A stretch of 64,000 nt of DNA from an uncultured Alphaproteobacteria bacterium (GCA_944391405.1 CALXTN010000003.1:5587-69586); one strand, 5' to 3'; shown: positions 50,281-61,280, counted from the stretch's first letter. Translations and numbers: made by a program. Notes: generated by a model from the letters alone, not told the origin.

Positions 50281-53200
50281 TTAAAATTTATATTTCAACC
50301 CAACATCTACTTTTATTGGATATTCTTTTTCAAGATATTGCATTAATTCTCCATAAACAGAAATATCTTTATAATCATAGTTTAATCTTGCTGAAATTAT
50401 TCCTCTATCTCGTGAATCGGAATGTTCTATGTCGCGTAATTTATATGACCCGATTGTATCATTTATATGTGCATCTAAGCCTCGATACGGATCCGCAAAT
50501 TCATGGTAGTAACCGGCGCCAAATCTAACATTTAATTTATGTCCTGGTGAAAACTCTATGTCTTTATCTATATATAAACCTAATGCACTTTCTACAGATA
50601 GTATATGAGAAGATGCTATTTGCAATGCCATTTTTTCTTTACCTTCATCAATTGAATCTTGATACCACCCTATTGCATTTAATCCTATAAACGGCGTCAA
50701 ATTGACTATGCCTAAATCCATTTTATATTGCAATTCGTTTAACCACCCATAAGTAATTTCTGTTGTATCAGCATCAAATGTTTGCTGATAACCTCTTCTG
50801 CTGTAGTCTCCGTCTGCGAATCCTAGTCTTGCCATGGATACTGCTGTGAATCCATTTTTATTATATGTTAAAGGAACATATCCTTGAACCATAAAACTCT
50901 TACGACTTGAATCATTATTGTAATCCGTATTTGTATGCGTGAAACTCATACCCAAACCCAGACGATAATTATTGTTTATTTTCTTATCATACAGCGCATA
51001 CATGCTTTGTGACGTAATTTCATATCCGCTCAATGTTCCTCTATCATCTCGCCCAATATATAAAGCATCTGCCCCAACCATTTTTCTTACATCCCCTCCT
51101 TCTTTGAAAAGTTCGGACATAATGGTTGAGTCTAAACTTCTTTGAACTTTCAAATTCTCTTGAGCCATATTAGGTATGATTGAAGTTCCAAATATATCTG
51201 CTTCTCTTTGTTCATATTCTCTAGCTGATGATGTTGTTTTTAATGCATTAAACAAATCATTGTTTTTTTGATTATTGTAATTTGTTTCTAAATATGTCGC
51301 CTTATCTGAATCTGTTACTGAATCAAAATCTTTTATCTCCATTACAACATCATATTTACCTTCTTCGTTTTTGGTTATCCCCGCATTATATAAATATGAG
51401 TTCGAGCTCAAATTAATATCACTGATATCTTCTGCTGACAATGCATTTTCAACCATGGAAGTTGTATCAAAAGTATTAGTTACAACATTTGATGAAACTT
51501 TTAAATCTCCACTTATACTTTCTTCTGCTTCAAATTTTCCGCCTTTATTTAAAACAACATTCCCTCCAAAATCATTTAAATTCATGTTGTCTATACTGGT
51601 TATTGTCCCACTGTTATCAATTGTCGCACCATTTTCTAATTTAATTGCAGCTCCATTATTACAATCTCCACCGCTACAACCTTCTCCGTTTATATTAATT
51701 GTACCATTATTGCTTACAACTGCTGTTGCTCCTGTTGCATATATACCTGTGTTGTTGCCATTTCCATTAACATTAATTGTTCCATTATTTATCACAACAG
51801 CCTTACCTGCTTCTGTACCGTCTGATTTAGCGTATATGCCGTAATTGTTACCATTACCATTAACATTAATCTCTCCATTTTCGCCATTAACGACATAACC
51901 TTTATCTAAATATATACCATATGCATTTGCACCTTTTGTTGTTTCTACAGTGATGTTTGCATCATTAGTTATAGACGCCATCTCTCCTTTCATACCATAT
52001 GCATCGGCTTTTCCTGAGGATTTTACATATATTGAGGAATTTTTTCCTGAATTATTTAATGTTGCATCTTTTCCATACATCCCTACTGCAATTCCCCCAT
52101 TTGTACCACCAACTACATCTACATTTATTTTTCCTATGACAGAGGCATCAGCATTTGTACTGTATGCGTTATAAGCTGTTCCATCTTGAATATAAATACC
52201 ATAGTATTCTGCATCCGAGTTCATTGAGACCGATTTTGCAGTTACATTAATTATTCCTGTAACATTTCCTTCAGAAATATCACTACTATTTTCATAATAA
52301 GCATTGTATACTGTTTTTGGTTGAGCATTTTCAGAGCTCTCACCCGTACTATAACTTGTTGCATAAATACCATACATTTTATTGGCTGCTCGAGATCCTG
52401 TTGATTCCAAATTTATATTCCCTTCTACAGTACTTCTATCATTTACTAGTGCTGCATTATATATACGGCTTCCTTTGGTATTTATTGAATCGCTATAAAT
52501 TCCAGCTACGGTTGATACGTCATTTTTGGTGCCGTTAATATTGACAGATATATTTCCGATAGATTTTGTTGCTGTATTTTTATTTATTCCGGTGCTATAT
52601 GCGTTAGCAATTGTTCCGCCATTACTTTGTATTCCAATTGCGTTTACTCTTCCCGTTGTACTATTATCTGTGATTCTAATATTTCCAACTGTTAATAATT
52701 CTACATCAGAGCCAGAATTGGTATATGAATTATATGCATTGCCTGCTGCGTATATTCCTATAATTTGAGAATTCATAGAACTATAGCCTTCTATTATTAC
52801 ATCAATATTACCCTCAGCTATTCCATTTCCATAAATTGCCGACGAACGAAAGGCATTATAGGTATTATTAAAAAGTAGTTCACTTTCACCTTCCTCATTT
52901 TGTCCAGCGTAAGTTTGTCTGGCTGAATATATACCATAAGCGCTTCCCCCCGCTGTATTCATTACTTTGATATTACCTGTACTGTTATACCCTTTTGCAT
53001 TATATACACTTGTTTTGGTATTTGGAGAACCTTCAGCATATATTCCATACGCTTGCCCTGCTTCACTATTTGCTGTTACGGTTATATTGCCTACAGAACT
53101 AAAGTTTTGTATAATATTATAATTTTTTTCAAATTGCGTTTCACTATTACTAATTGTATTATTACTATATATACCATATACGTTGCTATTACCGCTTACT

Positions 53201-55770
53201 GTAATATTTCCTTCCGCAACAGAATCGGATACGGCTGAATTTAAATATGCATAAGAATTATATGTCTTTCCTTTACTATTAGTTCCTTTTATTCCAATAG
53301 CATCTCCGGAACCTTCATGGGTTATATTAATATTTCCAACTGTGTGTACATTTGCATTAATACCATCACTTGTATATGCATAGCTATTATAAAGATTATT
53401 TCCGCCTTGCATGCCGACAATTGTACCTTTACTAGTTTCCTTTTTAATTATTTCTATATTTCCTTCAGCGTTATTATGACTACCCTCTAAGTCTGATCCT
53501 GTTCCATATGCAAAGCTATTATATATATCGTTTTCTGAACTGTTATACATACCATATATGGTTGATAAGGTATCTTCATCTTTGATTGTTATTGTTCCGT
53601 ATGCAACATTATTGCATCCACCACCACAATTGTTGCCATTATTTATAACAGCAGAATTATATATGTCTGATTGCGAATATATTCCATATACAAAGTTACC
53701 CCCTGTATATTGGTTTGTAATGTTTATCGTGCCACTTACTGTACCAGCAGATGATAATGCATTGTATACACTACTAAAATAGGTTACATTCCCCTCTTCA
53801 TCTATACTTTGTATTGGTCTCATTCCATATACGTCGCGTAGAACCTCACTGTTTTCAACCGTTATAGTACTATTATTAATGTTAGAGTTATATGCACCGA
53901 CTAAATCACCTTCTACTTTCTCACAAAATCCTCCAGGTCCCATGCGCCATCCTTTATCAGTATCACAGCGACAAATACCCGTTTCAGGATCTTTGATATA
54001 TCCTTCTGTTCCTGATGCACATTCTGTTGTTACGCATGTATTATCTATTTGACTAAACTCATAGCCATCTGCGCAGCTTGAGCATTCTGGATTGACAGAG
54101 ATTGGTGCTCTATTGTCTGCACACTCATATCCACAATGCTTTCCAGCAGAATCTATAGTTATTTTATATTGTGATGGACATATATCACAATCTGGTCCTG
54201 TCCATTCTTCTGCACATAAATACTCTGATAATACGCAGGTATCTGTTGCGGTATCCAATGTGTATCCTGGCAAACATTGCTCACAATTTTCATCAAAATT
54301 AGGCTTACATATACACTCGTTTCCATGTTGCATATGATGGGGTTGTTCACATTTAATTTGCTTAATACATGTCATTTTATCATTTTCATAAAATTCAATA
54401 TACCCATTTTCTATATCGCAAACACATACATTATTTTGTTGTATAAGATGAGGGTCTTTTGTTTCACACTGTAAATCAGGAAAACACAATCCACTAAATT
54501 TAAGATAATTTGGCGCACACTCTGAGCAATCTGCTCCCGTATATCCGGTATAACAATACTCGCATTGTTTGGTTTCTATATCATATTTTCCATGAGAATT
54601 ACAATATAACTCATTATAATTGTTCCATTCTTCAATATCTTCTTCTCCTTCCTGATATTCACCATCATCAGCTGTTTGAGAACACCCTCCATTATACGGA
54701 TCTCCGGTATAACCTCGCGCTGCGTTACATATACATGTTGTTCCTTTATTTGTTGGTACGGAATTGGGATATGCTGCACACATATTTTCTTGGTAGCACA
54801 TGTTCATTTCTGGATCTTCCCATGTGTTATAGGGATAAGTACATTTTTTACATTTTTCTTGTACTTGATTTTCGCAATGTTCAATTGTTTTATAACACTG
54901 GCTATCATTTCCATATGTACCGTATCCTGCATCACATTCTTGGCATATATCCATATATTGGGTTCTGCAATTTGGTATATTTAAATAACACCGGCTTCCA
55001 TCTCCTCCATGTATTCCATATCCTGCCTCACATTTGGTGCATTTATCCCCTTTTTGAGATGTACAATGCTCTATTTGGCGATAACATACATTGCTTTGAA
55101 GATTGTATCCGTCTTTGCATTTTTCACATTTATCTTTAGTCTGATTGCTACAGTTTGCAACAGTTGCATAACACTTTGATGAATCTCCATAATTTCCATA
55201 CCCATTATCACATTTACAAATTCCATCACTTTCATGACTATTGGGCGGGCAATTTACTCCTGGATTATCTGGATCTTCTGGATCCCCACCCTCTCCCTCG
55301 CTTCCACTATCGCTACTTGTATCACCTCTAAATATATATGCGGCAGCGACAGCTCCTGCTGCTAACGCTGCTGTTCCGATTAAATAGGGCGAATCTGAGA
55401 TATAACTCTTTACAGCTGTTTGCTTCGGCGATATTCCAAAAAAGCGTCTGTAAGCACTGTCCGGGATTTTCTCTAAACACTGAGGATGTTCATTAGCTCC
55501 ATATGAAGATAGTACTTTATACGCCTTATGATTTTGGCGAATAACCGAAAGACAGATTGCATTATACCCTCTTTCATCTATACTTTCCAGTGAGTATCCT
55601 TTTTGTATTAGATTTTCAATTTTTTGTGTATTGTTTCTTCCAGCAAGCTCATAAAATGCGCGCGCCACACTTATTTTTCCACCTGCTGCTCCGGCAAGCA
55701 AGGGGATACCAAAAATCAAAACCATTAAAATGGTATATATTTTTTTATTTATTTTCATATATTTACTCAC
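50281..55770 (-). CDS. Large autotransporter: signal peptide, ankyrin-like, hydrophobic segment, Cys-rich repeats, beta-helix, beta-barrel
   Basis: C-terminal amphipathic strands ending in VGLKYKF, G.I.V..YGIY passenger repeats, CxxCxxGY repeats. Confidence 0.85.
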   Translation of the reverse strand: MSKYMKINKKIYTILMVLIFGIPLLAGAAGGKISVARAFYELAGRNNTQKIENLIQKGYSLESIDERGYNAICLSVIRQNHKAYKVLSSYGANEHPQCLEKIPDSAYRRFFGISPKQTAVKSYISDSPYLIGTAALAAGAVAAAYIFRGDTSSDSGSEGEGGDPEDPDNPGVNCPPNSHESDGICKCDNGYGNYGDSSKCYATVANCSNQTKDKCEKCKDGYNLQSNVCYRQIEHCTSQKGDKCTKCEAGYGIHGGDGSRCYLNIPNCRTQYMDICQECDAGYGTYGNDSQCYKTIEHCENQVQEKCKKCTYPYNTWEDPEMNMCYQENMCAAYPNSVPTNKGTTCICNAARGYTGDPYNGGCSQTADDGEYQEGEEDIEEWNNYNELYCNSHGKYDIETKQCEYCYTGYTGADCSECAPNYLKFSGLCFPDLQCETKDPHLIQQNNVCVCDIENGYIEFYENDKMTCIKQIKCEQPHHMQHGNECICKPNFDENCEQCLPGYTLDTATDTCVLSEYLCAEEWTGPDCDICPSQYKITIDSAGKHCGYECADNRAPISVNPECSSCADGYEFSQIDNTCVTTECASGTEGYIKDPETGICRCDTDKGWRMGPGGFCEKVEGDLVGAYNSNINNSTITVENSEVLRDVYGMRPIQSIDEEGNVTYFSSVYNALSSAGTVSGTINITNQYTGGNFVYGIYSQSDIYNSAVINNGNNCGGGCNNVAYGTITIKDEDTLSTIYGMYNSSENDIYNSFAYGTGSDLEGSHNNAEGNIEIIKKETSKGTIVGMQGGNNLYNSYAYTSDGINANVHTVGNINITHEGSGDAIGIKGTNSKGKTYNSYAYLNSAVSDSVAEGNITVSGNSNVYGIYSNNTISNSETQFEKNYNIIQNFSSVGNITVTANSEAGQAYGIYAEGSPNTKTSVYNAKGYNSTGNIKVMNTAGGSAYGIYSARQTYAGQNEEGESELLFNNTYNAFRSSAIYGNGIAEGNIDVIIEGYSSMNSQIIGIYAAGNAYNSYTNSGSDVELLTVGNIRITDNSTTGRVNAIGIQSNGGTIANAYSTGINKNTATKSIGNISVNINGTKNDVSTVAGIYSDSINTKGSRIYNAALVNDRSTVEGNINLESTGSRAANKMYGIYATSYSTGESSENAQPKTVYNAYYENSSDISEGNVTGIINVTAKSVSMNSDAEYYGIYIQDGTAYNAYSTNADASVIGKINVDVVGGTNGGIAVGMYGKDATLNNSGKNSSIYVKSSGKADAYGMKGEMASITNDANITVETTKGANAYGIYLDKGYVVNGENGEINVNGNGNNYGIYAKSDGTEAGKAVVINNGTINVNGNGNNTGIYATGATAVVSNNGTININGEGCSGGDCNNGAAIKLENGATIDNSGTITSIDNMNLNDFGGNVVLNKGGKFEAEESISGDLKVSSNVVTNTFDTTSMVENALSAEDISDINLSSNSYLYNAGITKNEEGKYDVVMEIKDFDSVTDSDKATYLETNYNNQKNNDLFNALKTTSSAREYEQREADIFGTSIIPNMAQENLKVQRSLDSTIMSELFKEGGDVRKMVGADALYIGRDDRGTLSGYEITSQSMYALYDKKINNNYRLGLGMSFTHTNTDYNNDSSRKSFMVQGYVPLTYNKNGFTAVSMARLGFADGDYSRRGYQQTFDADTTEITYGWLNELQYKMDLGIVNLTPFIGLNAIGWYQDSIDEGKEKMALQIASSHILSVESALGLYIDKDIEFSPGHKLNVRFGAGYYHEFADPYRGLDAHINDTIGSYKLRDIEHSDSRDRGIISARLNYDYKDISVYGELMQYLEKEYPIKVDVGLKYKF

Positions 55771-55937
55771 AAAGTAAGCTAATATCCATGGTTACACATA
55801 CTTTCTTTGTGTCTATTTTACCTGAAAATGTTTAAAAATTCGGTTAAGATTCATTGCCTTTTTTAAATTTGGCTTGATTTTGTGCGTTTTTATAGATAAA
55901 GTATGCTGAGTTTGTATTTTTAAGGATTTTTTTAGAA

Positions 55938-58900
55938 ATGACTGAGAAGAGAAAATATTACCCCGAATTGAATGCTAAAATCAATTTTCCCGAAATGGAA
56001 AAAAATATTTTGAACTTCTGGGAAGAGGATAAAACTTTTGAAAAGTCTGTACACAATCGTGACGGTGCAGCTGAGTTTGTTTTTTATGATGGACCTCCTT
56101 TTGCAAATGGAACTCCTCACTATGGACATATGATGGTTTCTTATGTTAAAGATGCTGTTGCTCGTTTTCAGACGATGGGCGGGAAAAAAGTTGAGCGTCG
56201 CTTGGGTTGGGACTGCCATGGTCTGCCTGCCGAGATGTCTGCAGAAAAACAACTTGGTGTTTCTGGTCGTAAACAAATTGAAGCCTACGGTGTTGAGAAG
56301 TTTAATGACTTTTGCCGCAAAGATGTTTTGAAATATTCAAATATTTGGGTTGATATGTTCAAACGTATCGGTCGTTGGGTTGATTTCAACCATGATTATA
56401 AAACGATGAACTTGCCTTTTATGGAAAGTGTTATTCATAACTTTAAAGAATTGTATGACAAAGGTTTGGTTTATGAAGATTATCGCGTGCTTCCTTATTC
56501 TTGGGCTGCGGAAACTCCTCTTTCAAACTTTGAAGTAAACCTTGGTTATCGTGATAAAACTGATAATGCTATTACTGTAATGTTTACTTTGGAAAACGGT
56601 CAGAAAATCTTGGTCTGGACAACAACGCCTTGGACGCTTCCTTCTAACTTGATGTTAGCTGTTGGAAAGGATATTGATTACGTTGTTATGAACGAAAACG
56701 GACAAGATTATATTTTGGCTGAAGCAAGATTAAGCAGTTATAAAAAACAACTTGAAAATGCAACAGTGATTAAGAAAATTAAAGGTTCTGATTTGGTTGG
56801 TATGAATTATACTCCTATGTTCCCTTATTTCTCTCATTTCAAAGATAAAGGTGCTTTTAAGGTTTTGAGCGGTGAGTTTGTTTCTACTGAAGATGGTACG
56901 GGTGTTGTTCATATCGCCCCAGGCTTTGGACAAGATGACTTCGATGTTTGCCGAGCTTATGATGAAAACTTCCCTGTTGCATGCCCTGTTGATGAAGCTG
57001 GTAAATTTACGGCAGAAGTTCCTGATTATGAAGGAAAGCAAGTTTTTGAAACTAATGAATCAATTATGCAGTGGCTGAAATCGAACGGTCTTTTGGTAAA
57101 AAAAGAGCAATATACTCATACTTATCCATATTGCTGGAGAACAGATACTCCTTTAATTTATAAAGCTATGTCTTCTTGGTTTGTTAAAGTTACGGATTTC
57201 CGTGATGATATGGTTAAAAATAACCAACAAATTAATTGGCTCCCTTCTCATATTAAAGATGGGCGTTTCGGAAAATGGTTAGAAGGTGCTCGTGATTGGT
57301 CTATTTCTCGTAACCGTTTTTGGGGTACACCTATTCCAGTTTGGAAATCTGATAATCCCAAATTCCCGAGAGTTGATGTTTTGGGTTCTATTGCTGAAAT
57401 TAAAGAAAAAACAGGTTTTGATGTAGACAATCTTCACAAACCTTATATTGATGATGTTGTTTATCCTAACCCAGATGATCCATCCGGAAAAACAATGATG
57501 CGTCGTGTTTCTGACGTATTTGACTGCTGGTTTGAGAGTGGTTCTATGCCTTACGCTCAGGTGCATTATCCGTTTGAAAATAAAGAATGGTTTGAAAATC
57601 ACTTCCCGGCTGACTTTATTGTGGAAGCTATTGACCAAACTCGTGGTTGGTTCTACACGTTGACAGTTCTTTCCACCGCTCTTCACAATAAACCAGCTTT
57701 CAAAAACTGTATTTGCACAGGGTTATTGATGGCTGAGGGTGGACAAAAACTTTCTAAACGATTGAAGAACTATCCTGACCCGAATGATATTCTTGAAACA
57801 ATTGGTTCTGATGCTTTGCGTTGGTTCTTAATTTCTTCTCCAGTTCTTAAAGGCGGTAACGTTGCCGTTGATAAAGAAGGTAAAGAAATTGCCAAAGCTG
57901 CTCGTAAAGCTCTTATTCCGTTCTGGAACGCTTATTACTTCTTTACTTTATATGCTAATGCTGAAGGAATTGAAGCTAAAGAAATTTCTCAATCTGGTGA
58001 TGTGTTAGACAGTTATATCTTGGCTAAATTAAAGGCGCTGTCTGATATTGTTCGCAAAGATATGAACGAATATGAAATCGCCAGAGCTTGTGCACAAATT
58101 GAAGATTTCTTGGAGATTTTGAATAACTGGTATATTCGTCGTTCTCGTGCTCGTTTCTGGAGTGGTGATGATTTGAGCGCTTTCAATACGCTTTATACCG
58201 TTTTGGTTAATGTGGCCAAGATTGCTGCTCCGTTAATGCCATTTATGAGTGAGTTCGTGTATAAAGGATTAACCGGAAAAGAATCTGTTCACTTGGAAGA
58301 TTTACCCAACTTATCTGCTATCACCGATAACGCTCAATTAATTGAACAAATGGATATGGTCAGAGCAATTTCTTCTGTTGCAAAAGCTATTCGTGAAGAA
58401 CATAAATTGCGTAACCGTTTGCCATTACGTTCAATGACTATTGCCGGTGATAATACTGTAACGCTTAAAGATTTTGCTGATGCTTTAAAAGATGAAGTTA
58501 ATGTCAAGGAAATCTGCTTAAAATCTGATATTGCTGATGTTGCAGGCCGTTTCCTCTATCTTAAAACTCCGCTTATCGGTAAGAGATTAGGCGCACATAT
58601 GAAAGACATTATGGCTAAATCAAAAACGAATGATTGGTCACAAAATGAAGATGGCACTCTTTCTATTGCGGGGCAGACTTTGTTTGCCGAAGAATATGAG
58701 TTGCGCTTGGTTATTAAAGATGGTATGAGCGGACAGGCTTTGCCTGATAATACAGCTGTGGTTATCTTGGATACCGAAGTTGATGAAAATCTTGAAAAAG
58801 AAGGTATCGCCCGTGACTTTGTTCGTATGATTCAAGCTCTGCGCAAAACGAAGGACTTTGATATTTCCGATCGTATCAAATTGGCTTACTCTTCTAATGA

Positions 58901-59054
58901 TTCCACAGTTAAAGCGGCTATTACCGAATATGCCGACTACATTAAAGAGCAAGTCTTAGCGCTTGAGATTGCGGAAAATGCAAACCTATCAGCTCCAACT
59001 GTTGATGAACTTGGTGGTTCTGAAGTTAAGTTTGATGTTATCAAAGCAGCTTAA
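55938..59054 (+). CDS. ileS: Isoleucyl-tRNA synthetase, type 2
   Basis: DGPPFANG.PHYGH, WTTTPWTLP, DWSISRNRFWG, KLSKR and a long C-terminus without the type-1 zinc finger. Confidence 0.97.
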   Translation: MTEKRKYYPELNAKINFPEMEKNILNFWEEDKTFEKSVHNRDGAAEFVFYDGPPFANGTPHYGHMMVSYVKDAVARFQTMGGKKVERRLGWDCHGLPAEMSAEKQLGVSGRKQIEAYGVEKFNDFCRKDVLKYSNIWVDMFKRIGRWVDFNHDYKTMNLPFMESVIHNFKELYDKGLVYEDYRVLPYSWAAETPLSNFEVNLGYRDKTDNAITVMFTLENGQKILVWTTTPWTLPSNLMLAVGKDIDYVVMNENGQDYILAEARLSSYKKQLENATVIKKIKGSDLVGMNYTPMFPYFSHFKDKGAFKVLSGEFVSTEDGTGVVHIAPGFGQDDFDVCRAYDENFPVACPVDEAGKFTAEVPDYEGKQVFETNESIMQWLKSNGLLVKKEQYTHTYPYCWRTDTPLIYKAMSSWFVKVTDFRDDMVKNNQQINWLPSHIKDGRFGKWLEGARDWSISRNRFWGTPIPVWKSDNPKFPRVDVLGSIAEIKEKTGFDVDNLHKPYIDDVVYPNPDDPSGKTMMRRVSDVFDCWFESGSMPYAQVHYPFENKEWFENHFPADFIVEAIDQTRGWFYTLTVLSTALHNKPAFKNCICTGLLMAEGGQKLSKRLKNYPDPNDILETIGSDALRWFLISSPVLKGGNVAVDKEGKEIAKAARKALIPFWNAYYFFTLYANAEGIEAKEISQSGDVLDSYILAKLKALSDIVRKDMNEYEIARACAQIEDFLEILNNWYIRRSRARFWSGDDLSAFNTLYTVLVNVAKIAAPLMPFMSEFVYKGLTGKESVHLEDLPNLSAITDNAQLIEQMDMVRAISSVAKAIREEHKLRNRLPLRSMTIAGDNTVTLKDFADALKDEVNVKEICLKSDIADVAGRFLYLKTPLIGKRLGAHMKDIMAKSKTNDWSQNEDGTLSIAGQTLFAEEYELRLVIKDGMSGQALPDNTAVVILDTEVDENLEKEGIARDFVRMIQALRKTKDFDISDRIKLAYSSNDSTVKAAITEYADYIKEQVLALEIAENANLSAPTVDELGGSEVKFDVIKAA

Positions 59055-59084
59055 ACTTGGTTATATCAGATCTTGCATAAAATG

Positions 59085-59112
59085 GAGGGAGCAATTGGCT
59101 CCCTTTATTTTT
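59085..59112 (+). terminator. ileS terminator
   Basis: gagggagc-aattg-gctccctt plus U-rich tail. Confidence 0.8.
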
Positions 59113-59517
59113 GTGTTAATTGATTAAAAAATAGATCGCAATCTGTTCTCACATATGGGGTTATTCCTTTCATTATTGCTTCTGTACTATGTGTACAGCT
59201 AGCAATAGAACAGTTACTTCAATATTAATACTTTTAAATACTTCATCTAATTTTCCTTTCAACAGCAAAAAAGCTACTTGATGAGAGCGATCGGAAGTTG
59301 AAACCATTTGAGTGAAATGTACAGTTTATTTGGTATATAATACCTTATTGACTGCCTTCCGGGCTTCATACACAAAAGCAGTTTTTCTCCCCTTTTACAG
59401 TGCAACACTCAAGATGGTTCAAACCTCGCACAAATTATCATCTTATGCAGTGTTATGGTATTTTAGAATTTTATAGTTGTGAAATAAAAATATATTTGTT
59501 TTATAAACAGATATTTA

Positions 59518-60792
59518 TCACCTATCGGCGACTCTACTTTTTTGTTGAATAGCTTGCATTACGGTTTCTTGCAAGGTGTCTGCTTCGGCATCTTCTTTCT
59601 CTTTTATGGCAAGAAAATTTTCTATTTCTTTAGTGGCCGACCATTTTTCTGGAATATCATAAGCAATGCTGTCTTGATTTTCTCTAATATTCATTTCTTC
59701 GAGAATTTCCGGTGGTAAATCTTTAAAACCTCTTACAACTTGAGCTATTCCTAAATATGGTGTTTTATGATGCTCAAAAGTCACACTTTTTCCGTTATGT
59801 GTGGTTTTATATGGTATACCTAACGTGTCTTCAATATATGGATATAGTTTCAAGCTGTTTCGTTCCGAATATTGGTTAACAAGGTTTCGATATGTATATT
59901 CCATCATCCACCCCATTATATTCGCGTGTTTCTCCACAGGTTGTTTACGATACCCTTCAAACGCTTCACATTGATATTTTTTCTGTTCATTCTGCTCTAA
60001 AGAAGAAATATCTTTTTGACTTTCTGAATTGAGATAATATTCCGAATTCATTCTTAAAAGTTTTGAAAAATCATAAGGTATATCTTTTGCTGTTACACCT
60101 TGCTCCAATAGTTTTCGCATCCATTGTGCCGTTGTTTGAAAATAATAATGTGTTCCCTCATGTCCCATCGTTTTTAAGCTACTGTCATAAACACTGCCCT
60201 CTATCTCAATTCCTTGCGCACTGCTGGAACTTACATTTTGTTTATTTGTAATTGTTATTTGAGCTAATAACTGTTCAAATTCTTCCTGTTTATCTATATC
60301 ATAAGCTTCTTTTAGCATCAAAACATTTATTGTTTCCATCGCTTCTTCACGAGCTCTCAAGTCAAATGCAACGGCTGAACAATCTATATCTCCTATTTGA
60401 GCTAAGTGTTGCCCGATTTCTTTGCCTTTTTTAATTATTGCAGAATAGTGTTTTGGTGGCATTCGATAATTTTTATAAAGTTTAATAAATTCTTCTTCAC
60501 ATTCATTTACAAATTCATTGCGCAGAAAATTTTTACTATCTATTTTGGCATTTATTTTCTGAAATTCTTCTATACTGATTTGGTTTTTCTTTAATTTTTC
60601 ATTATACTTTTCCCATGTTAACCCTTGATGCAACATACTATTTTGGATGCAATCTTCTATTTGCTCATACATTTGTAACCAATCTTGTGTTGTCCATGAT
60701 TGGATTGATTTTTCATCTATGTTTTTCATCCATTTCTTAAAATTATCTGTATGTAAAATCTTAGGACAAGGATTTTCTTGGTAATTACTCAT
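59518..60792 (-). CDS. Hypothetical protein with HExxH zinc-peptidase-like motif
   Basis: TMGHEGTHYYFQ with downstream YRKQPVEKHA. Confidence 0.65.
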   Translation of the reverse strand: MSNYQENPCPKILHTDNFKKWMKNIDEKSIQSWTTQDWLQMYEQIEDCIQNSMLHQGLTWEKYNEKLKKNQISIEEFQKINAKIDSKNFLRNEFVNECEEEFIKLYKNYRMPPKHYSAIIKKGKEIGQHLAQIGDIDCSAVAFDLRAREEAMETINVLMLKEAYDIDKQEEFEQLLAQITITNKQNVSSSSAQGIEIEGSVYDSSLKTMGHEGTHYYFQTTAQWMRKLLEQGVTAKDIPYDFSKLLRMNSEYYLNSESQKDISSLEQNEQKKYQCEAFEGYRKQPVEKHANIMGWMMEYTYRNLVNQYSERNSLKLYPYIEDTLGIPYKTTHNGKSVTFEHHKTPYLGIAQVVRGFKDLPPEILEEMNIRENQDSIAYDIPEKWSATKEIENFLAIKEKEDAEADTLQETVMQAIQQKSRVADR

Positions 60793-60809
60793 TTTATCTT
60801 CTTATCTTT

Positions 60810-61280
60810 TTATATTCTGTACTTTTTCTTTTTTATGATTATTCCCATGTTAGCTGCTTTTTGTGATTTTTTTATATTTTCCAACTTAGCTTTGTTTTCT
60901 TTATCATCTTTTTCTGTACCACCAATAACAATTGTTCTATCCCTTTGAGATGTATCTACTATCTTAATATTTTGGGCCGCTATTTGTTTTTTTATTTGTT
61001 GTATTCTTATTTGATTTTTTATTACTTCGGTGGAATTCCTTGCATCTAACGTGATTGGTTCTGCTTTCCTTGTCTGTTTCTTAGTCTGCTCTTCAAGTTG
61101 TTTTGTCCATGTGTCATATTTTAATTTGAAATTTTCGTCATTCTCGAGCAAATTTAATACGTTTTGACTAAATGCTTGTTGTTGTTCTGATGACCAATTT
61201 TTTATATTTTTGCCCTCTCTTTTAATAAAATCTTGAAATTCCTCAAAATTTTCAAACATACTATTTTCTTGATTACTCAT
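60810..61280 (-). CDS. Hypothetical protein
   Basis: AAGGAG RBS and a TTGCAG-17-TATACT promoter. Co-oriented with 59518..60792. Confidence 0.7.
   Translation of the reverse strand: MSNQENSMFENFEEFQDFIKREGKNIKNWSSEQQQAFSQNVLNLLENDENFKLKYDTWTKQLEEQTKKQTRKAEPITLDARNSTEVIKNQIRIQQIKKQIAAQNIKIVDTSQRDRTIVIGGTEKDDKENKAKLENIKKSQKAANMGIIIKKKKYRI

Noticed and set aside
51371-55139. Multiple plus-strand ORFs of 60-209 aa
   Set aside because: Antisense to the autotransporter and explained by its codon bias.
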